A stretch of DNA of 64,000 nt from Callorhinchus milii (Eukaryota), in the NCBI RefSeq assembly GCF_018977255.1, contig NW_024704742.1, forward strand, positions 14,820,001 through 14,884,000. Direction: 5' to 3'. Positions 40,741 through 54,723 of this stretch are shown in pieces. A program made the position numbers and the translations under genes. A model generated the notes under the pieces. It worked only from the letters and a program-made list of their open reading frames with translations, was not told the DNA's origin and made no database searches. Every line of letters starts with the position of its first letter. The stretch's first letter is position 1.

Positions 40741-42460
40741 TAAGAACATAAGAAATGCTGGATGAAAAAGACCAAGGTCCATCTAGTTCGCCTTCCACCT
40801 TCCTGGCATTCGCATGCATATATGTCCCAAACTACCTATGTACCATATCCTATAATGTTATTTCCTAAAAGAAAACTATCTAATCTGTGTTTGAAAGAAT
40901 TGAATTCCTGCTTCACCCATCTCCCTAAGGAGCCTGTTCCACAGGTTCACTATTCACTCACTGAAATAGTGTTTGCGTAGATCCGTTCTGAATTTAGCCC
41001 CCTTCAATCACAGACCGTGTCCTCTGGTTCTACTATTTTGGATAAGTTGAAACAGCCTGTCATATTGTCTAGCCCCTTTAGAATCTTAATGGAGTCCTGT
41101 AGCTCAGTGGTTAGACCACTCGCTTTGCAAGCGAGAGACCTGAGTTCAATTCCAGGCAGAGGGCGAAACCTTAGACAAGTTTCCTTACTCCACACGCCTA
41201 ATAATAATACCTCCAAAGCAAAAAACAATAATAAATTGGTCATTTTCAATCTACGACTGTTTGTAGGAATCATTTATAAAAATTTTAAACAAAAGAGGTC
41301 CCAAAACAGATCCTTGTGGAACTCTACTGGTAACATTTTTCCAATCTGATGACATTTCCTGTCATCAGATTGGCTGCCGCCTTCGCCCACAAATATACAG
41401 TCAATTCACTTTACAGTATATTCTGTGAAGCGCTTTGAGACATCTAGAAGACGTGAAAAGCACTATATCAAATGCAAGGATTATTATTATATATTATTAT
41501 TATAATGACAGCGATTATGTCACCTCTCAATCTTTTCTTTTCCAGTGTGAACAAGCCCAATTTACTTAGTTGCTCCTCATAGTCCGGCCCTTCCATTCCC
41601 TCAATCATTTTGGTTGCCCTCTTCTGTATCTTCTCGATTTCTCCAATATCCTTTTTGTACTACGGCGACCAGAACTGTACACAGTACTCTAAGTATGGTC
41701 TCACCAATGATTTATACAGTGGCAGTATTACCCCACTATTTCGTCTTGCTATTGATCTTTTGATACATACCAAAATCTGGTTTGCTTTACTCACTAACAC
41801 AGAGCATTGCTGGGAGAGCTTCAATTTATTGTCAATCAGGTCCCCTAGGCGCTTTTCATTTTCCTTACATATTATTTTCCTTCCATTCAAATAATAGTCC
41901 CTTCCAGGACTTTTTGTCCCCATGTGAAGTACTTTACATTTCTTCACATTGAATTTCATCTGCCACCGATCTGCCCAATTCCCAAGTATGTTCAAATCCT
42001 CCTGTAACCTATCTTGTTCAGCTTCGCAATCTCACCTTCATTAGCTTGGTGTCATCTGCAAGCTTAGCAATTGTGCTTGCGACTCCTAATTCCAAATCAT
42101 TTATAAAAATTTAAACAAAAGAGGTCCCAAAACAGATCCTTGTGGAACTCTACTGGTAACATTTTTCCAATCTGATGACATTTCCTGTACCACCACTGTC
42201 TGGGTTCTTCTGGTCAACCAATTGCGTATCCATTATAATATACCTCCACTGATTCCCGCTTTCTTTACTTCCAGTACCAGCTTCTCAAGAGGAACTGTAT
42301 CAAAGGCCTTGCTGAAATCCAGATATACAACATCCACAACCTTACCCCTATCAAGCTCCCTTGTCACACCGTCAATAAAACCAGTAAATTAGATTGGCAA
42401 AACCTTCTCTTCATGAATCCATATTGGCTATCACTTATGATTTTATTACTGTCCAGATGC
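40741..42460 (-). mobile_element. CR1 LINE fragment interrupted by a SINE
   Basis: WADRWQMKFNVKKCKVLHMG...[47 protein letters not shown]; (TTCTTATG)n 3' end at 40741. Confidence 0.92.
41091..41504 (+). mobile_element. tRNA-derived SINE (short variant) nested in CR1, carrying a templated insertion
   Basis: Full head GGAGTCCTGTAGCTCAGTGGTTAGACC, (ATT)n tail, possible TAATG target duplication. Confidence 0.9.
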
Positions 42461-44099
42461 TCCATGCGTTCACCCACAAAATACAGTCAATCTAATTTAC
42501 TATATATCCTGCATAACGGTTTGAGACGTCTCAACAACATGATAAGATGATATATGAAATGCAAGGTTATTATTAATGTATTATAGAATGAAACTGTTTA
42601 CTTACAGGCTGACACCTAGTGGTGAAGATTTGATAATATCCTTGCATTTGCTATAGCATCAAAAACATTGAATCATCTCAAACCACTTCTCAGGTTATTG
42701 CTGTAAAGTGTAGTGACTGTGTGTCTGTATGAACATGCAACAGCCAATTTGTGCACAGCAATGTTCCACAAATTGTGTTATTTTGTATTTGATATACCAA
42801 TATTATAATGTTTTGTTTGGATTGTACAATGCAATATGTGATGGAGCATCAATCCTTCATCTGGGCAGAATATCCTCTGAAGGCTTCCAAAGGACCAATG
42901 AAGTAAAGCAACAGTACTAAGAGTGGCACACAGTTTGATGGATTATAATAATAATAACCTATGATCTTTTGTATTCCACTGAGGATACCATGACAGTCCT
43001 TTAAATCAAACTGCATTGTCTCAGTTCTTCAATGCAACTCAAGACCTGGTCTGATTTGAAATGTAAAACTAATTTGCATCTAAACTGAGTGCGACTGTAG
43101 GGACAGTGTGGCTGTCAGAGTGGCAGTCCAAAAGAGGGAAATCTATTATTTTAAAATATTGATGATAATTTTTAGTGTCAGAGCACAAATCCTAGATTGT
43201 CATACCTTTGTAGCAGACAAATGCTGCACTAGTGTGACAGGCTGCAGCTGGGGATTCGAGTGTCACAATGGAAAGATCAATCTTATTTGTATATATTATA
43301 TTTACATGCATATTTAATATCCACACATCTACATATAATATATACATACAAATGCAACGCCCACACATGCAGCTTGTATTTTTATCTTTCCCTTCCTGAA
43401 TTTGTAACCAGAGTGGAGTGCTCTGGTAGCTAATGTCTGCACAGTCACTGTCCGCAACCACAGGTCCCAAGTATCCCATAAATATTATGAAAAATTATGA
43501 AAATATTATTAAAACATTATGAAAAATTACCCTGGAAGTTTTTTAAAGATAATTTATTCTTAATGGTCCCATTATTGCTATAAATGTTATGCAGTCACCT
43601 GAAGCTGTAGAATAGATTACCACCTTAAGCACTCATTACCGTCTGTTTTCTGCCTTTCTGTAACATTATTTTCATGTCCTTTTCTTCAGATTTTGTTGAA
43701 AACGTAACTTAATTATTCAAACCTGTTAATATTTCTATCTCCCATATAAAATCCTCACCTTTATTTCTCTCTTTATTTTGATTCTCTTTGTTATTCATAC
43801 ATTATGAATATTTAATGAATGTTAGGCATCACAGTTAATTCATTTCAATAACTTAATGAATTAAGTACATGTTTAGCCACTATGGGGTGCAAATTGCAAT
43901 GTTTAACACCAAGGGCACCAATTAACATATGCATTGAATTTATCGATCTTATAATATTTAACACTGGTTAACACTGGTTGCCGGGTGTGCTGAAGGCAGA
44001 CAATCCCTTTCCATGACATTAGTTGTAATGAGAGGTTGGAAGCACAATACATTGACCCTCTGGCTTGCGGATCTCAGCCATGTACTGGTCAGTTTGAGG

Positions 44100-44580
44100 G
44101 ATACTAGATTAATCCAATTAATTCAAAACTCCACCCCCCTGATACTCACCTGCACGAACCTCCACTGGCTCTCAATCACTGAACGGATCAACTTCAAATC
44201 CTCTCACTTTTCAAATCACTTAATTCCCTCACATCTCCCTACCTATCTGACCTGCTTACCCCCCACTCCACCACCCGCTGCCTCTGCTCGGTTGGCTCCG
44301 GCCTCCTATTTGTCCCTCGTGCTCTCCATTCCATCATCAGCGGCCGTGCCTTCAGCCACTACGCCTCGAAAGTCTGGAATTCTCTCCCTCAATCCCTTCA
44401 GCTTGCCCCTTCCCTCCCTACCTTCAAATCCCACCTAGAGACCTTCCGTTTTGGTCGTGCTTACGGTCACCTCCCCCTCCCTCTCCCCTTGGCTCGTTTT
44501 CAGACTCCACCACTGTGAAGTGAACTGGGATGCTACCTCGTGTGAAAGGCACTATATAAATGCAAGTTACAGTTGTTAAT
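44100..44580 (+). mobile_element. Decayed L2 LINE 3' fragment
   Basis: IQNS...NLHWLSITERINFK; tail GTGAAAGGCACTATATAAATGCAAG. Confidence 0.75.
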
Positions 44581-47500
44581 TCTAATCCTTTTTTTCTTAG
44601 CTCAGCCACCATCCTCCTAACAAGTCAGTCTGCTGTCATAATGCACATATTAATTAACAAATCAGAACATTGCAATATTCTTCCTATTATGTGAATGGAT
44701 AATGATTGTCCTTCAGCATGCTTCATTATTGCAGGCTTCAGAATATTTAACATTTCATAAAATGTTTGCTGTAACTTATACTTTATTGTTCCAGAACTCC
44801 CCTATTTTTACTCCATGCTTTTTAACCCTAACCCTAAGTTGCAGGAGCAGGTTTTCCCCTCCTAACACTGAGAAAGCTGGAGCAATGTTAGCCTTCCTAT
44901 ACAATCCTGCCTGGCTCCCACGATATTCTGCACAAACTCGGATTAGCAAACTGCAGCTCTATCCACTATAGTGATATTTTACTAAGAAGGATGTTGAATG
45001 CCTTTGTTGCTTTTGATCCTTCAGTCTCTCCAAAATTGAACTAAAATAAGTGGGCTGAAATTAAACGAGAGATTGTAGAATTCTTGCAAATGTTTCACAC
45101 AGATTCCTCACTAGAAGTTGCAGTGACAGATATTCTGTCTCCTGCACGGTGACCCTTTTGATTTGATGGGGATTTTTTGAATAAATTCTCATTTTCTTTT
45201 ATGCTTGGTTGTTTTTTGTACATGTTAGATATTACATAGGTAATTCGGAACGAATGTGCATGCGACCACCAGAAAACTGGAAGGCGAACTAGATGGATCT
45301 TTTTTCCATCCAGCATTTCTTATGTTCATATATTTTTATGTTAGACTGGCAAGCAAATATGAAGCTGCCTTTTGTTTGGCTTGCACTGTGCCCACATTCT
45401 GTCATCTTCAGTATAGCTTTTACAGTCTGATGGATGAACTGCAGTGTGTTGGCACAATTTTATATGCTTTCATGTAAATGTAAAACAAAACCAACTAGTG
45501 GAAGTCTGGAACAAAATAGTGCTATTTCACTGACTGTGACTTAACAGTTTCTGTAAATCTTTTCTTAAAATGATGAATATTTATTTACCTTCCAGCACAT
45601 TATGATTACTCTGGGCTGTAGGTTTTATAATCAGAAATATGGAGCAGCCCTTTCTTGTTGTCTTGAACCTTATTCACCTCCTCAGTCAGTGCCACCTGAC
45701 CCTGAATTGCTGTAATTATGCTTTGCACAGCAGTTCATGCCTGGGGGCACTCACATGCACGGAACTGAGTAAACTGCTCAAGTGTCTCACTTTGTCAGCA
45801 CAAAAGAGATTGAAGCGGTCTTTGTCATCAGCCTTTGCTTGTTATAATTGGACCCCAGAACAGGTAAGAATGCATTATTTTCATCAGTTACAATTACAAT
45901 GAAAGGACTTTATTAGGCTCAGTCCTTTCCTGTAATAATAAGCCTTGCATAATTATAGCACCTTTTAAGTCAGCAGGACATCTCAAAGCACTTCACGGGG
46001 ATATACTGTAAAGTGCAGTGACTGTGTATTTTGTAGGTGAATGTGGCAGCTAATTTTCTCACAGCAATGTCCCACAAACAGCCTCTTTTTGAATTGTGCC
46101 ATGGAATATTTAAGATCCATCTGAAAAGGCTGAAGGGCCCTCAATGTAACATCTCATCCAAAGAATGGCATTTCATACAATGCCTTATTTGTTGTCAAAA
46201 TGTCTCAAAGCACTTCACAGGCTTTCTGTGATGTGTAGTGAGTGTGCGCAACTACACATTCGGCTGATATTTATGGAGTTTCACAATGAGTTCATTGTAC
46301 GATCTTTTGTTCCATGAATTCCACTGTCTCCACATTAGCAGTCTGCTTGTTTGTTGAATCACCTGAAGGAAAGTTCAGCAACACATTTGATTCAACTCTG
46401 AAAGGTAGCTGCACAGAACTCCATTATATTCCCTCCATTCATTAAGCCAGTTACTGATACCACATCTCATTCAATATCAACATCAGATGAATTATCCTGT
46501 TTCTCTAGAGTATTTCATCTCAATCTGGATTTCCCCCATAATCTTTTATTTTATTCAAATTCAGTTTACATTGATGGGATGAAAATCTCCTCACCCTCCC
46601 AATTAAAAGGATTCAATGGGATCTAATGTGTGGCAAAGATTGTGACAATTAGTGTCAGATTGGCTCAGTTGGTAGCATTTTCGGACTGTTGCTTTCAGTC
46701 AGAAGGTTACGGCATCAAGCTACATAGAGTAAAATTAGACTCAAGTGGTTGCACAAACTGGGTTAATTTACACTTCATAAAAGGAGAAATAATGTAGTTT
46801 GCAAAGCTTGAACCATCATCAGTAGTTGCAATAAAAATATTTAAATTATCTGTGGTCTGTTATGAAAGCTCCTTTCTCTAGTGGGAGCAGCTGGTTACAC
46901 AGCAACACATAAACATGTGCTTGTTGGACTGAGCTTCTGTCAGTACCAGAGGCTAGTGTTTTGTTTCCTTTGTCTTTACTATTCATATGATGCTCTTGAA
47001 TATTACTGTGGAATGAAAATCTGATTTATTGTTTTACTGGTGTCATTGGATTATATGCTGGAGTATGGCAGTGTGTGAGAACAAGACTTTGTTTGCCTTC
47101 TTGTTTTCCTTTCAATTGCATTTCCAATGCAAATGTAGCATTCCCCTCTTTCATTCACCCACCCTTCCCCTTGCTCTCCCTTGATTGAATAGTTTGCCAA
47201 CACTAAGAATTTCAGAGGAGCCACTTGGATAGATAATAATCCTTGCATTTGATATAGCACTTTAACAGGTTTTTGGGACATCTCAAACTGCTTCACAGGA
47301 TATAATATAAAGCGGATTGACTTTATGGATGAGATACAGGAGGGCAGATTGTCTCTGTGGAAGTAGATCCCACTGCTTTTGGGGGATTGGGAAAGGGGGG
47401 GGGGGAGTGATGAAAGAGAAACTGGGGACAAGAAGAAAAAGTAACATTGTGGAGTTAAATTCCATAACACATTTGGTGTGATAATAATCACAAATTTTTA

Positions 47501-48629
47501 CCCCTTATCTACAAAAGGAAATTTTCTTTCACTATGTATCACCAGCTTATCACCCACAAATTACACACAGTTACCCCATTTTACACTATATCCTGTGAAG
47601 CACTTTGAGATGGTGTGATAAGGTGCTGTATCAAATACAAGGATTATTATTATAGATTTAGTGCATGATCCTGAGGTTTTGTGCTGAAACAGGGAGCCTG
47701 GAGCTAATATAAACCTTCATGTTCAACTGCTTTATTCTATGATATTACATTGCCGTGCAGGGCAAAACCCTACATTTGTGTTGCTCAGCTCATGTGTGCT
47801 CAGGCGTGTATACATGAAGGGGATTTACCAGCCTCCTTGACCACCAGACCTAATGCAAGCGTCAACTCTTTTCAGTCAGACCAACATAGAATGAAAAGAA
47901 GGACTAGCTTAAGTTGTTCTTTTTGCAAACGCTGGTGAATAAAGTATCAGACATTGCACTACCTCACGTTATTCAGTGGGGGAAGTATAACATGAGGCAG
48001 CACACATTATATTTGCGCTGTCATGGTGTAATAGAAGTCGATTCCACACAAGCAGAATCATACCACACTTAGGGCAATACACATGGGTATAATTGACATT
48101 ATGTCCCATATTCCAGTGATGAGACTATTGGATTTTTAATTGTAAACTTTAATAAAATCCAGAGCAAGAGCTTTGTGTAATGCTTTCAGCCTGAGGGGCC
48201 AGGACATGCTCTCACTAAAGATGGAAGAGATTTGCTTGAAAAATAAAGTAAAATGGCAAATATATAAAAATCAGAGTTTGCTAATATTAACAGACATTTA
48301 TACTTGAATAGTACTGTGGAATGAAAATGTGATTTATTGTTATTCTGGTATCACAGGATTCATTTAGTCAGTGCTAGAATAGTCATTCCTTTTATGTGTA
48401 ATTAAAGTTCAAGTGGCTGGTGTCAACACAGACAGATAATAGAAGAAAGTGATGAATCTTAATGCATCAAAATAAGGTAAAGTAAATGACGTTTGTAAGG
48501 AAATACACAATGAAAGTTCATCCCTTGTGAAAAAGTTGTACTGGGAATATAAAGCCTTTAAAGTATCCTGCATTGAAATAATATCTCATCACATCGTTGA
48601 AATGTCTCAAAACACTTAACAGGATTTAC

Positions 48630-48960
48630 ACAATACAGCACAAATTTACATTTGTATGACGCCTTTCACATCGGATACCCCAAAGTGCTTGGCACTGCTG
48701 GCTGGGCACTCAAGGTGGGGATAGGAGTCGAGAGGAGTGGAGATGGAAGGATGAATGGAAGCATAGATGAAGGGGAAGGTCTTGGGACAGACCTTGAATG
48801 AAGTGAGGGAGGGAGGGAGTCAGAGGGACTCTGAGATGGAGTTCCAGAGAGAGGGGGCAGAATGGCTGAAAGCCCGCCCGCCGATGGTGGGTGGATAAGG
48901 TGGGGGATGTAATACAGGCCAGTGTTTGCTGAGCTAGGAGAGCAGTTGAGTCGATCGGTT
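48630..48960 (-). mobile_element. L2 LINE 3' fragment
   Basis: GATGGAGTTCCAGAG...GGCTGAAAGCCCGCCCGCCGATGG (reverse strand IGGRAFS...LWNSI). Confidence 0.7.
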
Positions 48961-49599
48961 TGAAAGAAGTCACAGAGGTAATGTGGAGCGAAAAGTGTAG
49001 TGACTGCATATTTGTAGGTAAAGTATCACCTTTCAGAACCCTGATCCTCCCATGTGGGAAAAAGGGGGAATCCTAATTGTTTTCTGAAGTATGTGTTTGT
49101 TCTTTCAAATACCTATGACTAAACCTCTGGTGCAAAGTGCAGGATTACATTCTTCTACCAGGCTGATGAGATCTTGGTTTATCTGAAGGGCCACATCTCC
49201 GGCAATGCAGCACCCCACCACCCAGCACTCCATTGGAGTATCATCTTACACTGATTCCAAATGCAAATGTGGAGCTTGAACCCACAACCATCTGACTCAG
49301 ATGCGAGAGTGTTACCACTGCGCCAGGCTGACACGCTTGGTGTCTCAATCCCATTTCATAACTATTTGTCTGACCTGGCTGTGTGCAAATTAGCTGCTAC
49401 AGGAAATACTGCACTTCAAAGTAAAATCTTGTGAAGCACATTGAAACATCTCAGTAAAGTGATAAGGTCCTATACCAAATGCAAGGATTATTATTATTCT
49501 AAAACAATAAATCAAACACTGTTTCTAACTCTCATACTTCTCAATTGATTTATTTCTCAAATAACTATCCAATTCCTGCTTGAATTTGCTGGCACAAAT

Positions 49600-50500
49600 T
49601 GGAACTGCTCAAGCTGAACAAGTAGATAGATAGCTGGAGGAAACTGTAATGTGATAATCAGGGGAATTTTAACATCCCACAAGTAGACAAATGTGGGTCA
49701 ACCAGAAGGGAGAGCCGAGTGTACAAGAAATTTCATAGAAGCCATCAATTTCTGCTTCGTGACATGACGTATATAGCAACGCACCAGAGCAGCTGTTCTA
49801 CAGTATTAGATTCAATGTTTCGCAGACCACCAGTAGTGAATGAACACTGCTGGGACCAGTAATTAAGGTATAGTTCTGTTTGATGTTGTATTAAAGGACA
49901 TGACCAAAAATAACAATATCAAGGTGCACGGTATATAAAAAATATTTTTCTGAAGCATTAACTAAACTAATGAATGGGTGATAAACGGTGAACATTATTT
50001 ATTTTGATTTTGATTTTGAAAAGGCATTTTACTGGAAACTTGTGGGAAGCCAACTAACTGGACTGAAAACTGCCTTGGCATTTGGAAGCAGAAGGTGATG
50101 ATAAATCGAAAAGCTTTGCCTGTGGAGCTGGGAGGTTTTATAATGATCTGTTTTTGCATATTTTGCTCTTCATAATGTTAATAAATTACTTGCAGGAGAA
50201 TATTTCTTGTCATATTGTAAGCGTGCTTATGTTACCAAATTATTTATGTGCCAGGTTGTAAATATCAGCATTGAAAAAGACCTAGATTGATTATGCAGGG
50301 ACAAGGAAGTGAAGCTGGATTTGAGTGTAATTGGAATTGCAACAGCAAAATGTGTACTTGATGAGGGGTATCAGGTACCAAAGGAGAAGGGAAAGGAATT
50401 GAAATGTATTGTTAACTATTCACTGGATATATTTAGTCAGTGGAAGCCTTTATCATCAAAACAGAATTGTATATTTAGTTATATATTGGACGATGAAAAT
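49600..50500 (+). mobile_element. Old, heavily deleted CR1-like remnant
   Basis: Traces of IxGDFN (endonuclease), DFEKAF and KQKVMIN (RT) in order. Confidence 0.4.
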
Positions 50501-51379
50501 ATGATATTTGTAAACTGGATTTTTTGCATTAATTCCAATTGACTGAAGGTGGCAAGATTAAAATGTTTGTATTCCTAAAGTCAACAAAGGTCAAAAATGG
50601 TGTGGCACTTTTTTCTGCTGTTTGTCAGACTCTTGAAGCCTCTTCATAGCTTGAAAAAGCCCTGAAAGCAAAATACCGTCCTTGATCACAATTTCTGGTG
50701 TTGCATATTGTTCAATATATTGGAAAGGATTTTATTACACAATATGTAATAAAACGCTATTGGGAGACCTTTAGCACATGTATACCAAAATCAAAGTGAG
50801 AACAATAAATGTTAAATTATCTATGTTTGATAATTGTGGATTATAAATCTAATTCAGTACTCATCTCTATCCTTTGGGTCATAGATTATAATAATCCTTG
50901 CATTTGGTATGGTGCTTTTCACATAAAAATTAAAAAAAAAGCTCCACAGGATTTAGTGTATATTTAGGCGCAGAGAACAGCAGTGTTCCGCAAACAGCCA
51001 TGAAGTGAATGTTCAATTTTATCTGAGGGATTATTAATCAGGACACCGAAAGAAACCTTTCTCTTTTTTAGTAGTGTCCATGGGATCTTCAATGTTCCCC
51101 TGACAACATTTATCCACCTGAACAGGCAGACAGAATCTATGGCTTAACGTCTCTTCCAAAGGACGGCACCTCTGACAATGCAGGGATCCCACAATGATAT
51201 TAGAGTGTCAGCCCACACAGTGAGCCAATACAGGACACATTTACATTCATCTTTTCCCTGATATCAATCTTCCCAGAAATTACCAATTTTTGTGTGTGTG
51301 TGTTTTTAACAGTTTAGGAATTTCCTTTTTACACAAGATCATGTGCAAAACACATTGAATCCTTTCCTTGTTTTAATTC

Positions 51380-51900
51380 TCTAAATGATATAATATGAAT
51401 ACAGAGCGGTTGCTTTTTTCCAATTTAACCAGCAAAATTGAGGAAACTTGTTGAGAAACCATGAACAGTTTTGAATTAACAAATTAACTCGACAAAGCCC
51501 AAGTAATAGCCTGTCCTGTTCACATGGTGCTGATAGACCTGTAAAGGAGACACTGATGAGAGGAGTCATCAGATTATGTTGGTGATAGATGTGCATTGGC
51601 AACCTTTCTGACTAAATTAATGTATCTGTCAGGGAGCACCTCTCCAAACATTCTACAGTTTATTGACCATGGTCTCTGCTGGTCAGGAAATACACCAAAG
51701 CAGTCGAGAATCATTCTTCTGATGTCGCAAAATGCAAAATTAGTCAACTTCCCAAGAATTGAGGCCAAATGTCAATGTATCTTTTGATGGCACAAAACAA
51801 ATTGACTAAACATCAGCTGTATTTACATGGGTGAGAACATTATTGTGCTGCCTTATTGATTCAATTTGATCTTGTTGACAAAGAAACCTTCATTATCAAC
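51380..51900 (-). mobile_element. Decayed non-LTR RT remnant (RTE-like)
   Basis: FAFCDIRR..LD...W...RMFG..LPDRYINLVR (cf. AFxDxxKAFD...LW...GxPxKYIxLV), followed by a QGxxLS-like trace. Confidence 0.4.
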
Positions 51901-52134
51901 GCTAGGCAAATATATCTATCCAGGACTTAATAACCACTGCTCAGCTAATCAGAACCATTGATTTTACTTAATAAGTCACCGATGAAAAATGTGACACTTA
52001 ACAGTTAAAAGGGACAATTTGAAGGATGCAACATTTGTAGGGAACAAACCATTAAGAAAAAAGTTAAAAGTTTGTCGAATATCAGGTGTTCTATATTAAA
52101 TCTGCACCCTATCTGCTTGAATTATGAAACACAA

Positions 52135-53005
52135 CTCTGTTTACCTAGTAGTAAGTAGGAACCTGGTTGTTAGTCAATTGACGGATCGCTTTTCCGGGGA
52201 TAATAATCCTTCGAAAAAAAATTTGCTCAATACAACAACAATACAACAACAACAACAAGATTCCATTTATAAAGCGCCTTTCACGTCAGGAGGACGTCCC
52301 AAGGCGCTGCACAGTTGGGTCATGACCCGAGCAGGGGGGGAAATGGTCAGGGTGAGGGGAGGGAAGGGAGGGAGCAGGGAGGGGGGAAATGGTCAGGGTG
52401 AGGGGAGGGAAGGGAGGGAGCGAGGAGGGGGAAGAGAGTCGAGAGGGGAGCTGAAGGCACGGTCAAAGAGAAAGGTTTTGAGACCGGCCTTGAAGGAGGA
52501 AAGGGAGGAGGCGGCGAAGGCACTGGGGGATGGAGTTCCAGAGCCTGGGGGCTGAGAGGCTGAAGGCCCGACCACCGATGGTAGGGCGGTTGGGGCGGGG
52601 AACGTGGAGCAGACCAGAGCCAGAGGAACGGAGGGTACGGGCAGGTAGGTAGGGGGATAGTAGGTTGGAGAGGTAGGAGGGAGCGAGGCCGTGAATGGCC
52701 TTGTAGGTGAGGATGAGGATCTTGAAATCAATCCTCTGGGGGATGGGGAGCCAGTGGAGGCGAGCGAGGGTGGGAGTGATGTGGTCCCGAAGCCTGGTGC
52801 GGGACAGTACACGAGCTGCAGAGTTCTGAATGATAATGAAAATGAATGAAAATAAAATACACGACTGTTTGTGGGACACTGCTGTGTGCAATTGGCTGCC
52901 GCGTTCGCCCACAAATATACAGTCAATTCACTTTACAGTATATTCTGTGAAGCGCTTTGAGACATCTAGAAGATGTGAAAAGTGCTATTTCAAATACAAG
53001 ATTTT
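52135..53005 (+). mobile_element. tRNA-SINE (long variant, headless) split by an L2 insertion
   Basis: SINE body ends ...CTCAATACA at ~52234 and resumes AATACACGACTGTTTGTGGG at ~52856. Confidence 0.8.
52235..52832 (-). mobile_element. Young 5'-truncated L2 LINE
   Basis: Intact frame IQNSAARVLSRTRLRDHITPTLARLHWLPIPQRIDFKILILTYKAIHGLAPSYL...IGGRAFSLSAPRLWNSIP; (TTG)n tail. Confidence 0.93.
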
Positions 53006-54140
53006 TTGTTTTTTAAAGGCCCTTAAAGATTGTGCTCTATTGACAAAGAAGGCCTTGTTTTAACCAACTATATTTTCAGGTTATAAGAAACATGTTGAAT
53101 TTTTTTTTCCAGTTCAGTGTAGGTTAAAGTTTCCTTTTGGGGTATTGTCTGTGGAGTGACAGTACCAGTTCTCAGCAATTTCAGTTTCAGGATACATACT
53201 CTCTCAATTGTTACTCCCAGTCCTAGTTCATTTGTACGATTCTTGAGTGTTTGGAGTATTTTGCTATTGATTTTCACTGATATATTTTCCTAAAATCTTG
53301 TGTTGTGTGTGTTTGTGTTTCTCATGACATTTGATCCCCCCTGATGCGTCTATAGAATTTCCTATTACCTCTTGCTTGGAACATTAAAAAAACATATCCT
53401 AAATAGAGCAAACTGAGAACAAATAGCTTTAAATCTAAATGCTGAAAAAAAGATTAAAGATAAGATTTTCTTTTGGAAAATTGCACTCAATTGATTCAAT
53501 TTGTTAACTAACGAAAGATAACTCTTAAAGTTCTGCTGAGAGCTTTATGTAGTGTTAAATGTTCTCCTCCTCATGTTGTGGACCAGAGTGGTGAAATCTA
53601 GGTTTATAGACATAAACCCAGTATCTCGTACATTGATTTAATAATATCTACCGTAACGTGAGCAGGCATTGAGTGGAGTAAGGTGCTTTCACCTTACAGT
53701 GTAGACTCCTTCTGTCCATGAGACACAGAAATAAAGCTCTTGTGGGATGTAATACAGTATTAACTGACCCCTATATTATAATAGCACTTGGCATGAGGAC
53801 ACATGCTAGTGCACAAAGCGTACAATGTTGGGCTGTGTTCTCTCGGACGCTTTTATTTTATTTCCCGAGCAGAGCCAGGATTGATGCCTGCTTTGTGCAT
53901 ATTTAGCTGACACACAATCCTTTCACAGACAGTGTGTGGTGCTAAGTTATGTGAAAACTGAAAATAAAACAGTTAGATTGAGCATTTTTTTTCTAAGCAA
54001 TAGTGCGCAGGATGTCTAACTCATAAATTAGTAAACCATTTTCTACTTATAGCCTCTCGCCACAGCCCCAGGGGAATGAGCAGTGACAGCAATAAACATC
54101 ATTCTAGCTTTCCATGAAGTCATGTGTTTATATTTCACAG

Positions 54141-54723
54141 GGAGATGGTCAATGCATGGTTTGCAGAGCGAGTTCACACTATTCCCACTACAAGGGAGAC
54201 TGCGAGAGAAACCAGCCCATCATATCAGTTGGCCCGAGTTGAGAACACAGCCCCCGGAATTCCCACCAGGAAAATCTCTGCTTCAGAATTTGACCGGCCC
54301 CTCAGACCTATTCTTGTTAAAGACTCCATCGGGGGGTTAACGTTCGTCTTTGATTCGGATAAAAAGGAGCAGCTGCCTTCAAAAGTGCACAAAGTTGACT
54401 GTGAGGCCATGCCGGTCAGTGATCAGTGCTCCAGACTTTTAGAACTTGTCAAAGATATTTCCAGTCATCTGGACGTCACCACGCTATGCCACAAGATCTT
54501 TCTCCACATCAACAAAGTCATTGAAGCTGACAGGTATTCACTCTTCCTGGTGCATGAGGACAGCTCCAATGAGAAGTTTCTCGTGAGCCATCTCTTTGAT
54601 GTTGCAGAAGGTTCCACCCCTGAAGAAACCTCGAACAACTGTATTCGGTTGGAGTGGAACAAAGGAATTGTCGGTTGTGTGGCAGCTACAGGCCAGCCGT
54701 TGAATATCAAGAATGCATATGAG
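54141..54723 (+). CDS. PDE5A: PDE5A coding exon 2 (N-terminal region, RKIS phosphosite, start of GAF-A)
   Basis: Acceptor tttcacAG|G completes the R codon, then [15 protein letters not shown]...[17 protein letters not shown]...[20 protein letters not shown]...ADRYSLFLV...[14 protein letters not shown]...PLNIKNAYE. Donor GAG|GTATGT. 583 nt. Confidence 0.98.
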
